A stretch of DNA of 64,000 bases from Octopus vulgaris (GCA_951406725.2 OX597823.1:61938001-62002000); one strand, 5' to 3'. Counted from the first letter of the stretch, positions 38,704 through 52,421 are shown. Notes: generated by a model from the sequence alone, not told the origin. Translations and numbers: made by a program.

Positions 38704-40559
38704 ATATAGTGGGTATCTTCATCAATCAAAATTGATCTCACATCTGCACAAGTATGTACCGACTTGGGTAAAATTTCTCAAAGAAGACTGGCTGTTGCCC
38801 ATACATGCATGTCTCTCTTCACCAGGTCATCAGTGTTCATCCAAGAGAAAGACAACTGACTTGGGCTCATACAGTCTGGCACCAGCGTTGTCAAAGACGT
38901 TGCTGCCAGAACACAAACAGCTTGAACAGATACTGCAAGTCATCTTTCCTGACCCTCTTTCATTTCTACAAATCCAACACACCAAATTGATGCTCCTTTT
39001 ATAAACCTCAAAAGGATGAAAGGCAAGGTTTATCTTGGTGAGATTTGAACTCGTGTGCAAAGAGTTGAAACAAATGCTGTGAGGCATTCTGCCCAAACTG
39101 AAGGAATTGGTAAATCTGATGGGGGAAATGTACTACCAAGAAGTTCAGAGGAGCAGAAATCATCTTACATAAAATGATAGTATTTTGTATTTTTCTGTCT
39201 CTGTCTGTCTGCATGCCTGCCTGCCTGCTTCTCTCCCTACCTCTCTCTCACTGTCTGTCTCTCTATATCCTTACATGCACATCAAAGGCAATTAACTGCT
39301 ATGATATTTTTATTGCCTGTTTCATTAAAACAAAATACAAACATACAGGTTGTTTAGTTAACTAATATTCTATAGATATACATTTAACTTTCCATGTATA
39401 AATTGCATGTAGTTATATAACTCTATGTATATTTCATTATTTATTTAATGATAAAATTGCAGCATCTTTTTTAATCAATTAATCCCTTTAAATGCAGCCG
39501 GCTGCAAGTAATTAAATATGAAACTGAACGTCCATTACCCATGGATATTCCACCAGTGCTTACTAGTTATAGTAAGTGTAGGAGAGAGAGAGAGAGAAAG
39601 TGGTGGGGGGACATATGGATGATTGATTAGCTTTTTAAAGTGTTAGTAAAATAAATGCTGCCTTTTCATATGGATAACTATTGTATGTATGTAACCTATG
39701 ATGTGGCTTGTTCTAGTTCACATATGTGAGCAATACTTAAGGGTGGTTCCTGAATTTAAACAGCTGTTCAAAGCTTCTTCATTCTTTGCCATAATGTCTT
39801 TCTGCCTATATATATATCTTCACAGCAGAAACATTCATCTTATCTTTCATTTATTTTTTTATATATTTATTATTTTTTTTATATATTTATTATTTTATAA
39901 ATTTTGTCTTATGAAACCATATTTATTCCTGACCAAGTTTCTAATATCAAATCCACTATGCTAAATGAATATATAAATTCCTAAATGCAAAAATGAACGC
40001 TCTAATCTGGTTGAGATTTAATATTTCAATTTTAATGTATTCAATAGTATATTTAAGATCCTCTTTGATTTGACTTGCAAATCTAGGTTTTGTGAACATT
40101 TCAAAAGAAATGATATTCTAATATTTGATTGATTTATCTATTTATTTATTCATTCAGTTTTTCTTTTGTTTGTTTGTTTTAATCTCTTGTTTCACTATTT
40201 CAATGATGTGCTGTTCTACTTTGAACATGTTTAACAGAGGTTTTAGGTTACTATGAATTAAATTCAATCAATCATGAATCAGTTTTACCTTTCTTTTATA
40301 AACTTATTCTTTTACTAATTGTGGTCATTGGACTTTAGCCAAGCTGGGGTACCCACTTCAAGAGTTTAGGTGATTGCATTTACCCACCCCACTTTGCAGC
40401 TCTTGATTCATACTTATTTCCCCTCTGTGCCACTTAGAACCTCCTTCCCCCACCTCCATTGTTCCCTGTCTCTGTGTGTCTTTCTCACTCTCTCTCTCTC
40501 TCTCACACCTCCCTCTGCTTCCTTGTCTTACCAGAGTAGCCAAGTATCTCCACCGTAGT

Positions 40560-41310
40560 AAGACAGCTATCTCTATCGCCTCTCAAACTCAAACTTCTCA
40601 CCTGATGCATAGCCACATAAAAAAGAAAAGATCAGTGCCAGCACCATGTAAAAAGCACCAAATACATTCTGTAAGGTGCTTGGTGCTAGGAAGGGCATCC
40701 AGCTGTAGCAACCATGCCAGAATAGACAACTGTTGTCTGGTGCAGCCCTCTGGTTTGCAAGCTCCAATCAACCCATACAACCCAAGCCAGCATAGAAAGC
40801 AGGCATTAAATAATGATGTTTGAAATTGCAATTGTGGCCAATGCCAATGTCCTGTAACTGGCATGTAAAAAGCACCCTTCAAATGTTGGGTGATATGCTG
40901 TGCTTGAGAAGACCTGTCAAGCCAAGTGAAATTGTAGATATGGCAGACGTCAGTGCTGCATAACTGGCACCTGTGGTGGTGGCATGTAAAATGCATCCTT
41001 CAAATTTTGGGCCTTACGGAAGCAGTGACAAGTGACCGAGACCTTTGGCAATATACTGTGCTTGAGAAGACTTGTCAAGCTAAGTGAGATCATAGTCATG
41101 GCCAATACTAGTGTTTCATAACTGGCACCTGTGCCAGTGGCATGTAAAAAGCACCCACTACACCCTTGGAGTGGTTGGCGTTAGGAAGGGTATCCAGCTG
41201 TAGAAACCATGCCAAAGCAGACTGGTGCAGCTCCCCAGCTTACCAGCTTGATCAAACTGTCCAACCCATGCCAGCATGGAAAACAGACATTAAATGGTGA
41301 TGATGATGAA
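40560..41310 (+). mobile_element. Two tandem RTE 3' UTR/tail copies, the second with an internal duplication
   Basis: Tails end at about 40820 and 41308; the segment tgtgcttgagaagac..gtcaagc..cataactggcacctgtg occurs twice. Confidence 0.8.
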
Positions 41311-42875
41311 TAGCAAAGATGACCTGTGCAAGAATTTAAATCGAAATATTAAAAGGATGTAATTACATATCACAAAGTACTCCATATAATGTTTACCTAT
41401 TTTCTCATCAACTATCCTTCTTTATGCTGTAGGTATATTAGTCTCTTTGAATATACATATTAACTGTTTGAAATTTTTATATGAGGTTATCTGAAGTTAC
41501 TGTCTTCTAAAACTTTAGACTTCATTGTGTTAAATGTTGTTATTTTCTGGAAACCCTGACATTTTATGATCTGGCATTTATTTTTTTTTCCCCCCTATTT
41601 TTTTTTTCTTTCGATTTGCCATAATATAAAAATGAATTTAAATGCACTGAATACAAAAACTGGTGAATGTGAGGTATATGAACTATACACGCATGTATTC
41701 TGCTTTTCCTTTGATTTTTCACTAATTGTGAATACATTAAGTTGCTTTTAGAATATATAGAATATAGCTAAGTGCATAGAGAGCAAGACTCATTTCCCTT
41801 CATTAATAACCGATGCTTTCAAATTGCTGACTTGCTTTCTGTTATTGTTTTCAAAACATTTGACTTCCATTATCTCAGGGTAGCTTTGGTTGAATAAATG
41901 CAAAAGTTTTGAACATTTACATGCAAACATGGAGCTACTTTTGCACTTACTACATAGATATTACCATCTCTATCTTAAAAGTAATAGTACTGTTTTCCAG
42001 ATTGGCTTTAGTATGGCTGTGTGGTTAAGATGTTGACCCTGCAACTACATGGTTCTGGGTTCAGTCCCACTGCATGAGTCTCTGGACATCAAATGTCTTC
42101 TACAATAGTTTCAGGTTGACCAAAGCTTTGTAAATGAAATTTGGCACATGGAAACTGTATGGAAGCCTGTCAGGAAAGCCATTTGTATTCTTTGTTGGTA
42201 GGTTTAAGCTGTCATTCAAATAAACATTACTACTTGCCCCTTGAGTGTCTTTTAATATAGTCCACTCTGTTGTAAACATTTATGTCAGTTCTCCAATATG
42301 AAGAAGATAACTTTCTCTGTTTCATCCACCATTCTCAGAAAACGGTAATGAACATTACCATTGTAAGACTTCCCAAAAATTTTTTTTAATATAAAAAATC
42401 TAACGAGGGAAACATAATGCTATCAATTTTAAAGATTGAACTCTTGACTTTCAGATCATGTAATCAGTATTTTTAACTACTGAACTCACTACATTCTTTT
42501 ATGTTATAAATATAACTTTTATAAACTTATTTAAACTTCTTCAGTGTGTGAGTTGAATTATTGACAGAATTGTCAACATATTTTTACATTTTTATTTCCT
42601 CTGCAGGAATCGGTTAGATAAACGTGTCTTCACAAGACATTGTCATCTTTGTACTCATGACAAACTTGTCAGATGTACTGTCTGTCTGACTTCAACTGAA
42701 GCTCTGTTGAAGGATGCACTTCTTAGTGCTGACATTTTAGCATGAATCAAGTTAGATTTTATTGTATTTGAGCAAATCTTCAGTTAATATTTCATTATAC
42801 ATTCACTAGTAAACACTGAACATTGTATGTGAGCAATACTTTCCCTTTCTGTTAGTTTCTCTCCCTTTCATATCT

Positions 42876-42931
<56 letters not shown>

Positions 42932-43267
42932 GCTCTTTCGCTCTCTCTCTCCATTTCTTTCTAATCCTTTTTGTACAAGTCATTAGACAAGGAGTTTGTT
43001 CCAAACATGCATATGCATAGGCTTGTATATATGTAAGAGACAGAAATAAGAAAAGGGGAAGAAAGAGAGAAACAAACAGACAGAATGATGGAGAGAAGAT
43101 AAAGTAATAGAATTAAGCTTCCAGGTATAGCTTTATTGGATAAAGAACACAACAAATAGATTCTTCTACTGGTTTCAGTTACTGAGTTAATGGCCCCACT
43201 TTTAACACACAGCCTTCAAAGTGTGATATGATGTAGCAGTCACAAGTCCAAGGAAGACTGCACTTCA

Positions 43268-43490
43268 TGTCAATATTAGTATCACTTAAGGCGATGAGTT
43301 GACAGAATTGTTAGGACGTTGGGCAAAACGCTCAATGACATTTCATCTGTCTTTGTGTTCTGAGTTCAAATTCCGCCATGGTCAACTTTGCATTTCATCC
43401 TTTCAGGGTCAGTAAAATAAGTACCTGTTGAGCACTGGAGTCAATGTAAATTGCTGGCCTTGTGCCAAAATTTTAAATCAATATTAGTGT
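43268..43490 (+). mobile_element. SINE family C copy
   Basis: aaggcgatgagttgacagaattgttag...gttctgagttcaaattcc...tttcatcctttcagggtc...gctggccttgtgccaaaa. Confidence 0.85.
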
Positions 43491-43499
43491 TACCCTCAA

Positions 43500-44270
43500 G
43501 TTTTCAAGAAACCTATCCATGTGCATTCTGTTTTTGGTATGCTGAATGTTTCCCATGCAGGTCTTTTTTGTGGGATGTTAGTTCAGTTTCTTTGGGATTG
43601 CATGGGCATCAGGAAGAAAGTACTTTCTGAAGAGCTCACTGCCAACATGTAGGATGTTCTCTTTGCATTTCAGTATTTAAGTTCATATGTTTTTACCGCT
43701 GTTGTTTAGCAAGTGTTGTCTGAGAGATACTGTTCAACATTCGAATGTCTGCATTGATTTGAAGCCTCTGCCTCCTTCATCTCTTCTTAGGTAAAACCTT
43801 TCGATATCAACATTTTTGTTGAAGTTTCCACATAATGATAAGATCTTGCAGGTTTTAATTTCTATGGAATAGATTTCCTCTGCAGACCAGTCAAGCATCC
43901 CAAATGTTAGAATCAGCACTGGTACTGAAAATGCATTTTGGGATATTGTCTTGATGTAAGAGAAGAGTTCTGACTGCCATATTTTTCTGAATCTGATGTA
44001 ATATTACTGGGTCATTCTATCTTTATTCACACTTTCATATACCGTTTTCATCAATGCCTAGATATTTGTAGCATTCTTTGTGTGCAACAGGAAAGACAAG
44101 GAGACTGTTGATACATAGGCACTGGGTTTGTGGTACTGATTTTCCATGTTCAACAGTCAACTATGAACATTTCTTTTGGCCAAATTCCATTCCTGTGTCA
44201 GCTGAAAATGTTGTAATTAACTCCAGCTGTTTTTTTGGCATTGTAAGCATTCTTAGCTCTTTAGGTCAAC
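43500..44270 (-). mobile_element. R4/Dong-like non-LTR retrotransposon RT C-terminal fragment
   Basis: Minus translation FSADTGMEFGQKKC...YKYLGIDEN...IRFRKIWQSELFSYIKTISQNAFSVPVLILTFGMLDW...DIERFYLRRDEGGRGF matches the FSxDIxMxFGxxKC, YKYLG and RLYLPRxxGGRGL motifs of R4/Dong-type elements. Confidence 0.85.
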
Positions 44271-44459
44271 CACAAAGAATATATTGGTATCTGTAGCAGT
44301 TGCAAACCCTAGTTATGTGTCAGAAATGATAATAGATTTATTGCCAAAATAAACAGAATTACAGAAAAATTATATACTTAGAATATTCTCTTTCATATGT
44401 AATGTAGAATGTTTGTATGTATAGAATGAGATCTATCCAAAAAAGAAACAGATTTATCT

Positions 44460-45625
44460 TAAAAACAAAATCATTGCTTTACTTAAAGTTTAAACGAAAC
44501 TGTTTCCTTCAAAATGTCTCCCTCCTTTAATGATACATTTTTCAATCCCCCACCTCAGGTTTGAAATGCATCCTAGAACAATTTTTTTTTTCTGGGCACT
44601 GCTCAGTTCTTTAATTTATTCTATGATCTGATATCAGTTACTTTTCAGATTGGATTTAAACTTTTGGATCAGGAAATTCTCTCTCCTGAGAGTAGGGTGG
44701 TTAGGAATTTGAATATTTTTGTGTTTTACCAAAATGTGATGAATAAGGAGTGATATGCTAGGGTGTTACCATGCCATAGTATCTAGGTTTTGTTTGTCCA
44801 TACTTCTGACATCTTTTGTATTGCTTCTTCCAAAATGCTTCTGGGCATCCAAATGAAATTTTTCATTGGCCATGTAGAACTAATTCATAATGAGCAACAC
44901 TCTTCCCATCAGAAAGAATATTGTCATCATTACCTTAACATTTGAGCAACTATCAAGTGCTTTATTTGTTTGTGGAGTTGCAGTGATGATAATCCAGTGT
45001 ACTGTGACTATTATCATTTTGTATCAGCAACATTGTTATACACTCATGTTTCACCACTTGCTATGACACTTTTCAGAAAGTTTTTATCAGTATTCGAATT
45101 ATCAAACAGCTCTTGGCACTCGAAGAGCAGACTTGGCATGCTTTTCTTTTTAAATCATGCAGTATGAACTTATGCAGATGCCTAACCTGGCTGTCCACCA
45201 GTTATGATGATGAGGTGTTCGAATTGATAAGATCAATGTAATAGCCTGCTCATGAAATTAGCATTTATGTGACTGAGCAATCCATTGGCATGCATACTTT
45301 TAATGTAGTTCTCATGGAGATTCAGCACAACTTACCAAATTTGATAAGGTAATTACAGGTACAAATCATTTTTACCAGCTGAGTGGACAGGAGCAACATG
45401 AAATAAAGAGTCTTGCTCAAGGACACCACATACCACCAGGAATCGAACTTGTGATCTTATGATCATGGATAATTCTCTAACCAATAAAAACCACCTGTCT
45501 ACCTCTTCAGAAACTTCATGGATAGTTTGGTGAGGATTTTCATGTATCACAGCACACACTTTCACCATGTAATCATCGTCCATTGTCATAGAAGATTGCC
45601 CAGATTTGGGATGGTTATTTACAGA
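44460..45625 (-). mobile_element. Highly decayed mariner transposon interrupted by a SINE (45225-45490)
   Basis: Minus-strand remnants HPKSGQSS...VKVCAVIHENPHQTIHEVSEEV (HTH region), IASGET*VY (GDETWV motif) and EKCIIKGG (C-terminus). Confidence 0.75.
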
Positions 45626-45841
45626 TAGAGAGAGGGTGAGAGAGCAACAAAGAAGGATCAACTTTAGTACTTCACTGATACTTTGTTTTTTTTTTTGGGG
45701 GGGGGGTTACTCCAGAAGGATAAAACTCCAAGCTGACCTCAGCAGGATTTGAGCTCAGAGTGCAGTGACATAACAAATACAGAAAGGCATTCAATCCAAT
45801 GCTTCAATAACTTTGCCAATCTGCAATCTCTCTCTCCCTCC

Positions 45842-45881
<40 letters not shown>

Positions 45882-45884
<3 letters not shown>

Positions 45885-46278
45885 CGCAGCAGTGGCTGTG
45901 TGGTAAGTAGCTTGCTAACCAACCACATGGTTCCGGGTTCAGTCCCACTGCGTGGCATCTTGGGCAAGTGTCTTCTGCTATAGCCCCGGGCCGACCAATG
46001 CCTTGTGAGTGGATTTGGTAGACGGAAACTGAAAGAAGCCTGTCGTATATATGTATATATATGTGTGTGTTTGTGTGTCTGTGTTTGTCCCCCTAGCATT
46101 GCTTGACAACCGATGCTGGTGTGTTTGCGTCCCCGTCGCTTAGCGGTTCGGTAAGGGAGACCGATGGAATAAGTGCTGGGCTTACAGGGAATAAGTCCCG
46201 CGGTCGATTTGCTCGACTAAAGGCGGTGCTCCAGCATGGCCGCAGTCAAATGACTGAAACAAGTAAAAGAGTAAAGAG
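45882..46278 (+). mobile_element. Young full-length tRNA-derived SINE family A with an A-to-G cluster
   Basis: Intact A/B boxes, CpG-rich, inserted in (TA)n, tail aaagagtaaagagta. Confidence 0.95.
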
Positions 46279-46309
<31 letters not shown>

Positions 46310-46898
46310 ACACACTCTCTCACACACATGAGAGAGAGAGAAATAATGCAATGTGGCAAATAGGATCGAAGCAAGGGATACTAATACAATTTAATAGTTG
46401 CTGCTTTCCTTTCTGTATAGTAAAATCAGGACTTAAAACGAATTATTTATATTGCTTTTGAAAATTAATTGTAACATTATAATGCATTTTGAAATACATT
46501 TTTGATTCTCTCTTAAATTTTTTTTAAAATTTTCTCCCAGTTGAATAATATGTATTTTCTTTTTTTTAATTTTTATAATTTTTATTTATTTATTTTTGCA
46601 CTGATATTGTGAAAACTATATTTATAGAATTTCAAAAGATCTAATCTTAGTTTTCTCTGGGAATGGGATGAGTTTGGTTGGAAACATTCACTATTTTAAG
46701 GTTGTCTGAAATATTATGTAAAAAAACTAAAAATTTCCTATTAAGTAAAATCTAAAAACATTTGTGTTTTAGAGTATAATATTTGGGATTTTATTTTTTC
46801 CACAACACTATATTTTATCTTATTTCAGTGTATAATAATTTCCCTGTACGTGATATGTTTGTATGTATAAAGTATGTGTGTGTGTGTATGTATGTATG

Positions 46899-46942
<44 letters not shown>

Positions 46943-47388
46943 CATATGTATGTATGAATATGCATGTGTGTGTGTATTTTATATATATTTGTATATTAGT
47001 ACGTATGTATGCACTACCATGTTGTTCATATTCTACTTGTAATATGAACCCAAGTTCATACTTGATAAAGATTTAAAACTTCAAAAATAGAAATTGAAAA
47101 TTTTTCCTATTCACATTAGAAATTTTGAAAAAGCAGATGATTAATTTTTTTTTTTTTTTAAGTTTAAAAAAAAATAACTGTTAAATACTCGAAGTCTATT
47201 GCCATTATATTTGCAGTATATCATAAAATTTCAATGTAATATAATAGATTTTTTTCTTCCATGTTACTAAGTTAACAGTGAAAATATGTTTTGTATAATT
47301 TCATAAAAATGTGTTTCTTCCATCAGTTTTAGCTGTGTTTCCTTCCAGCTTTGTGAAATATTACATGCCAAGCACTTTAGAGCAGGAT

Positions 47389-47843
47389 TTAATGCTTTAG
47401 CATTTAAACTGGCCATATCCAGCCCCTAATATCATACCTGTGTTATGTTCAAACTGGTCAAATCTGGCCTCTCATACCAACCCTACAATGTCATTCTAAA
47501 AATAAACAATCACATCATTGAAATCTTTAAACTGTGAGATAATGCTGGATTAATTCAAAACAATATGAATAGATAAGCTTTATGAGGGGTTACTGAAAAT
47601 TTTCTGGCTTTCAGGGTATCACAAAAGACCAGGCTGGAGGTCCAACCTTCTGAGTTCTTTTACAGGGCTTAGAAAAACTGAAAGATTGCTGTGGCTGCAA
47701 TATGTGTGTGTATCTGAGATAGGAATATGTTGAATAAAATAATAATTTACCGATTCTCCTGTGTTTTCTCTTACCCAGCGCCAGAAAGTTTTCTAGCCCC
47801 TCCTCGTACATTTAACAGGGTAATCTGAATGCTAAAGGGTTAC
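47389..47843 (+). mobile_element. piggyBac-like MITE interrupted by a mariner MITE
   Basis: Homologous to 13550-13775 once 47581-47808 is removed. Confidence 0.8.
47581..47808 (+). mobile_element. Mariner-derived MITE with TA ends
   Basis: Termini tatgaggggttactgaaaa and ttctagcccctcctcgta; internal GLEKLK...CVYLR*EYVE* mariner C-terminus remnant. Confidence 0.85.
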
Positions 47844-47892
47844 AGTTCTATTGATCCATCCTTGCACTACACCCTGCTTTCACTTTTCATAC

Positions 47893-48101
47893 TCTCTCTT
47901 TTACTCTTTTACTTGTTTCAGTCATTTGACTGCAGCCATGCTGGAGCCCCACCTTTAGTCGAGCAAATCAACCCCCAGAACTTATTCTTTGGAAGCCTAG
48001 TACTTATTCTATCGGTCTCTTTTGCCGCACTGCTAAGTTACGGGGATGTAAACACACCATCATCAGTTGTCAAGCGATGTTGGGGAGACAAACACACACA
48101 C

Positions 48102-48159
<58 letters not shown>

Positions 48160-48318
48160 GACAGGCTTCTTTCAGTTTCCGTCTACCAAATCCACTCAAG
48201 GCTTTGGTTGGCCCGAGGCTATAGAAGACACTTGCCCAAGGTGCCATGCCATGGGACTGAACCCGAAACCATGTGGTTGGTAAACATGCTACTTATCACA
48301 CAGCCACTCCTGCGCCTA
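47893..48318 (-). mobile_element. Young full-length SINE family A
   Basis: Reverse complement of 45882-46278. Confidence 0.93.
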
Positions 48319-49215
48319 TGTGCATGCTTTTCATTTCATTTCATTTATGTGGCTAATATCACCTGATAAGGCATCACTGTCATATTCTTATTTGTTCCCA
48401 ACCACCTCACTAAAGTCAATGATTGATCACTTTTTCATGGCTATCTGTCATTTTGATCAGCTCATAAGTTGTTTTATTGGTTTCAATTATTGTCATGTAC
48501 CCATGCTGAGCAGCCTTTACAGGTTTAACTGATCAGATTAGTCCCGATACTTATTTTAAGTCCTTTATTTATTCTACTGGTCACTATTTTACTGAAGCAC
48601 TAAATCACAAGGACATGCACAATGCAACTTAACCCTTTTACTGTGGAAAGATATATCCACTCAGAATTAATACCCTTAATTACAGAAAGCAGTTTTATAT
48701 ACCAATCTATCATTTGTTGAGGAATGTCATGTTTGAACCTATTTTCTGTTGAAATATGTCAAGTTTATTGAAACAACATGACTTGCAGAAAATATCAACT
48801 GTATGTTTTTGGTAGTTATTTGATATCATTACTAGAATAGCTATATCAGGATAGCAGGGGAAAAAAATATGAAACTGCGCATGCACACACACACGCATTT
48901 ATATATGTGACAGCTAATGCACAGTCCCCACCTATCAAATTCACTCACAAGGCAATGGTCAACTCAATGGTGTAGTAAATGACAATCATCCAAGGTGCTG
49001 CACTGAATCCAAAACCATGTGATTTTTAAACCTGACCTGATTGGCCATCACATGAGCTCTTTGATATTAAGATTTACTTGATTGAAACCAAATTTAAGGC
49101 TGAGCATCATCTAGCTTTTCTTTGCTAAAATGTGAGATTGTAGCAGGTAAGATGTGTCAAGTTTTGAATGAATGAGTGAGTAAATGAATCAATATATCTT
49201 CTCTGTTACTACCTT

Positions 49216-49437
49216 ACACAAGGAGGTGCAGAAAAGTTCCTGACTTTGGGTAAAAGAAAATACAAGAGGGTCTGTTAATTATGATTTTATTCAATGTACT
49301 CTCCTCTCAGATTCACACACTTATTGCAATGGTCCTCCAATTTTCCTAAGCCCTGTAAAAGAACTGAGAAGATTGGGCCTCCAAATAGAGCTTTTGCAAT
49401 ACCCTTAAAACCATGAACTTTTCAGGAGCCCCTCATA
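49216..49437 (-). mobile_element. Mariner-derived MITE, second copy
   Basis: Reverse homology to 47581-47808. Confidence 0.8.
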
Positions 49438-49514
49438 TATGAATGTAATAACCCATTTCCCACCTTGCACCATTTAGTTAAATTCACAATACAATTTGAC
49501 TTACAGGTAAATAG

Positions 49515-49710
49515 TACCTGCACCAGTGTCATGTAAAAAGCATCCGGTACCCTCTGTAAATTGGTTGATGTTAAGAAGGGCATCTAGTCATAGAAACCAT
49601 GCTAGAACAGACAACTAGTGTCTGGCCCAGCTATCTGGCTGGCTAGCTCCTGTCAAACCATCCAACCCATGCTAGCAAGAAAAACAGATGTTAAATGATG
49701 ATGATGATGT
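49515..49710 (+). mobile_element. RTE 3' tail copy
   Basis: catgtaaaaagcatcc...gaagggcatc...ccaacccatgctagc...gttaaatgatgatgatg. Confidence 0.8.
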
Positions 49711-50403
49711 GGTTGGAAGTCAATTCACTTCGCATTCACTGTTCATGCTCTTGATAGAGAAATTGATATCACACAACCTCTTACTTACTTTGCCCTCCCT
49801 AAATTGAGATGTAAAGAAATTATTTTATACGATATGATAAATTTTTGTATTGTCAAGATCACTGCAAAAAATATATTTTAAAAAAGGAAATTTTTTTTTT
49901 AATAAAAAAAGAAGTTAGATTCTTGTGAAAATTTGAAGCTTTTTAGTAGTTTCATTTCTATTCAGCTGTCACAAGTCTCTTGATACATTTAAACATTATA
50001 GATAAAAAATAATATTCATGATTTAAAAACCAAAATATCATATATGATTATCTAGCAGCACAGTTGTTTTTTCTTTCTTTCTGTTTTTTTCTTTTTTTTT
50101 GTCTTTTGAGTTTCCTTAAATGTCTTAAAGAAATTCCCACACTGCCAAGGAAAAAAAAAATCTCAAAATCTGTTTTTAACACTTCAGATGGAATGATAAA
50201 ACAACTTCAACTGTATAAGATAAAATCTGTTTCAGTTAAAATATGATAACTATCTATGACTTAAAATATTGATGCTAGAGATGAATGTAATACTTGCAAA
50301 AGCGACATTTTAGGTAATACTTTAAACATGGTTTGAGAAAGAAAAGTTAGAGTGTAACTTTATTATTCAGTAGTCATACTTTTTATTATTATTATTATTA
50401 TTA

Positions 50404-51480
50404 TGGCGGTAAGCTGGCAGAATCATCAGCATGCTCGACGAAATGCTTTGCTGTATATCACCTGTCGCTACATTCTGAGTTCAAATTCTGCCACGGTCAA
50501 CTTTACTTTTCATCCATTCAAGGTCGATAAAATAAGTACCAGTTTTCTACTAGGGTCGATGTAATCAACAAATCTCCTCCCCGAAATTTTAGGCCTTGTG
50601 CCTATAGTAAAACGGATTATTATTATTATTATTATTATTATTATTGAGACAAGCTGAGAGAATTGATGTTTAGTAGCATTTCATCCATCTCTTCAGTCTC
50701 TCTCCAGAGATTGAATTCTACTGAGGTCGATTTTATCTTTCATCATTTCAGGGTTGATAAAATAAGTACCATTTGAGTATTGAGGTTGATGTAATCAACT
50801 TGGTCCCTCCCACCGAAACTGCTGGCCTTGTGCCAAAATCTGAAACCATTATTATTAAGGCGGCAAGCTGGAAGAATCATTAGTATGCCGAACAAAATGC
50901 TAAGCAGCATTTCTTCAAGCTGTTTACATTCTGAGTTCAAATTTTGCCAAGGTCAACATTGCATTTCATCCCTTTGAGTCCATGAAGTACCTGTCAAAGT
51001 ACTAGTGTTGACGTAATCAACTATCCCCTTTCCTAAAATTGTTGGCCTTGTACCAAAATTTGAAACAAACAAATAAACAACAATATCAGCAACATGAATA
51101 ATAATAATAATAATAATAATGATCCTTTGTATAATAGGTACAAGGCCTGAAATATGGGGGAAGGGGGCTAGTCAATTATATCGGTCCCACTACTCAACTG
51201 GTACTTATTTCCTTGACCCCCGAAAGGATGATGAAAGGCAAAGTTGACCTTGGCAGCATATTAACTCAGAACATGAAGACAGATGAAATACTGCTAAGCA
51301 TTTCACCTAGCATGCTAATGATTCTTCCAGTTCGCTACCTTAATAATAATCCTTTTTAATATAGACACAAGGTCTCAAATTTTGGGGTAGGGGACTAGTC
51401 GATTATATCGACCCCAGTGTTTCGCTGGTACTTAATTTATTGACCCCAAAAGGATGAAAAGCAGAGGTGACCTTGGTAGA
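50404..51480. mobile_element. Cluster of five SINE family C copies (three plus, then two minus) joined by (ATT)n/(AAT)n tails
   Basis: Plus copies start at about 50404, 50648 and 50859; minus copies at about 51122-51342 and 51350-51478. The central TTTCATCCTTT..GGTCGATAAAATAAGTACC motif resembles conserved metazoan SINE central domains. Confidence 0.88.
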
Positions 51481-52421
51481 GAGAGAGAGAAAGCAGCATG
51501 TCCATGAACAGGAAGCTAAAGTGTGTCTGTTAGCAAGTTAATGTCTAGTGGAATCATATCAAGGGTGGACAAAATGTCTTGTGATATTTGTTTCCAACTT
51601 CTTTTTGCTCTGAGTCCAAATCTTACCTAGGTCAACTTTGTTTTTCATCTTTTTAGAGTTGATTAAATAAAGTACAAAACCAAGGTTGTAGTTCAGTGGA
51701 ATTGTTAGAGTACTGGAAAAAAAAAACAAAGGCTTTATGGTATTCATTCCAGCCCTTTGCCTTCTCAATACCCAGGTTGATCTAATGAATTTGTTTGCCG
51801 CTAGTTAGAAATATTTTGTAAAAGGAAATTAAAAAAAGCAAAAAAAAAAAAAAGAAAGACAGACAGGGGGAAACTCTTAATATTCTTCCACAAAAATTCA
51901 ATGACAAGGGCACAGACAGCTTTTGTCAAAGAAGTCATAAGAAGCATTCATTGACCTGATTGCTTAAGAATTAATTTGCATTTCTTGGCAGATCAACACA
52001 ATGATTTACATTTTAAGTCATTCTCATGTTCAGTTGTCAAACCTCTTCATAAGTATTGTATCACCACAGATCGATTATTGTTTTTCTTTATATATTATGT
52101 AGTTGTATTGTCAACTATATACCTCCTTTATAATGCAAAAGAACTTCTTGTATATAAATGTTGTTCTACTTAAGCCAATAGGCCTCTCCCAAATTTTTTG
52201 TATATCTTCAATGGCAAATTCTAACATACAGTTACCATAAATATCCTCCGTTCAATGTTTGTGTGTTTTCATGATCTAGTAACCCTGTTTTGTTTTATCT
52301 TGTTTTTATTAAATACCATTCCCTTTTGACATTTTTTATATTTTGTGAACTGGGTCTACAATAGTTAAGTTTCTCTATAAAAAACACAACACCGTATCTG
52401 TAAAAAGATATAATCTATTGG

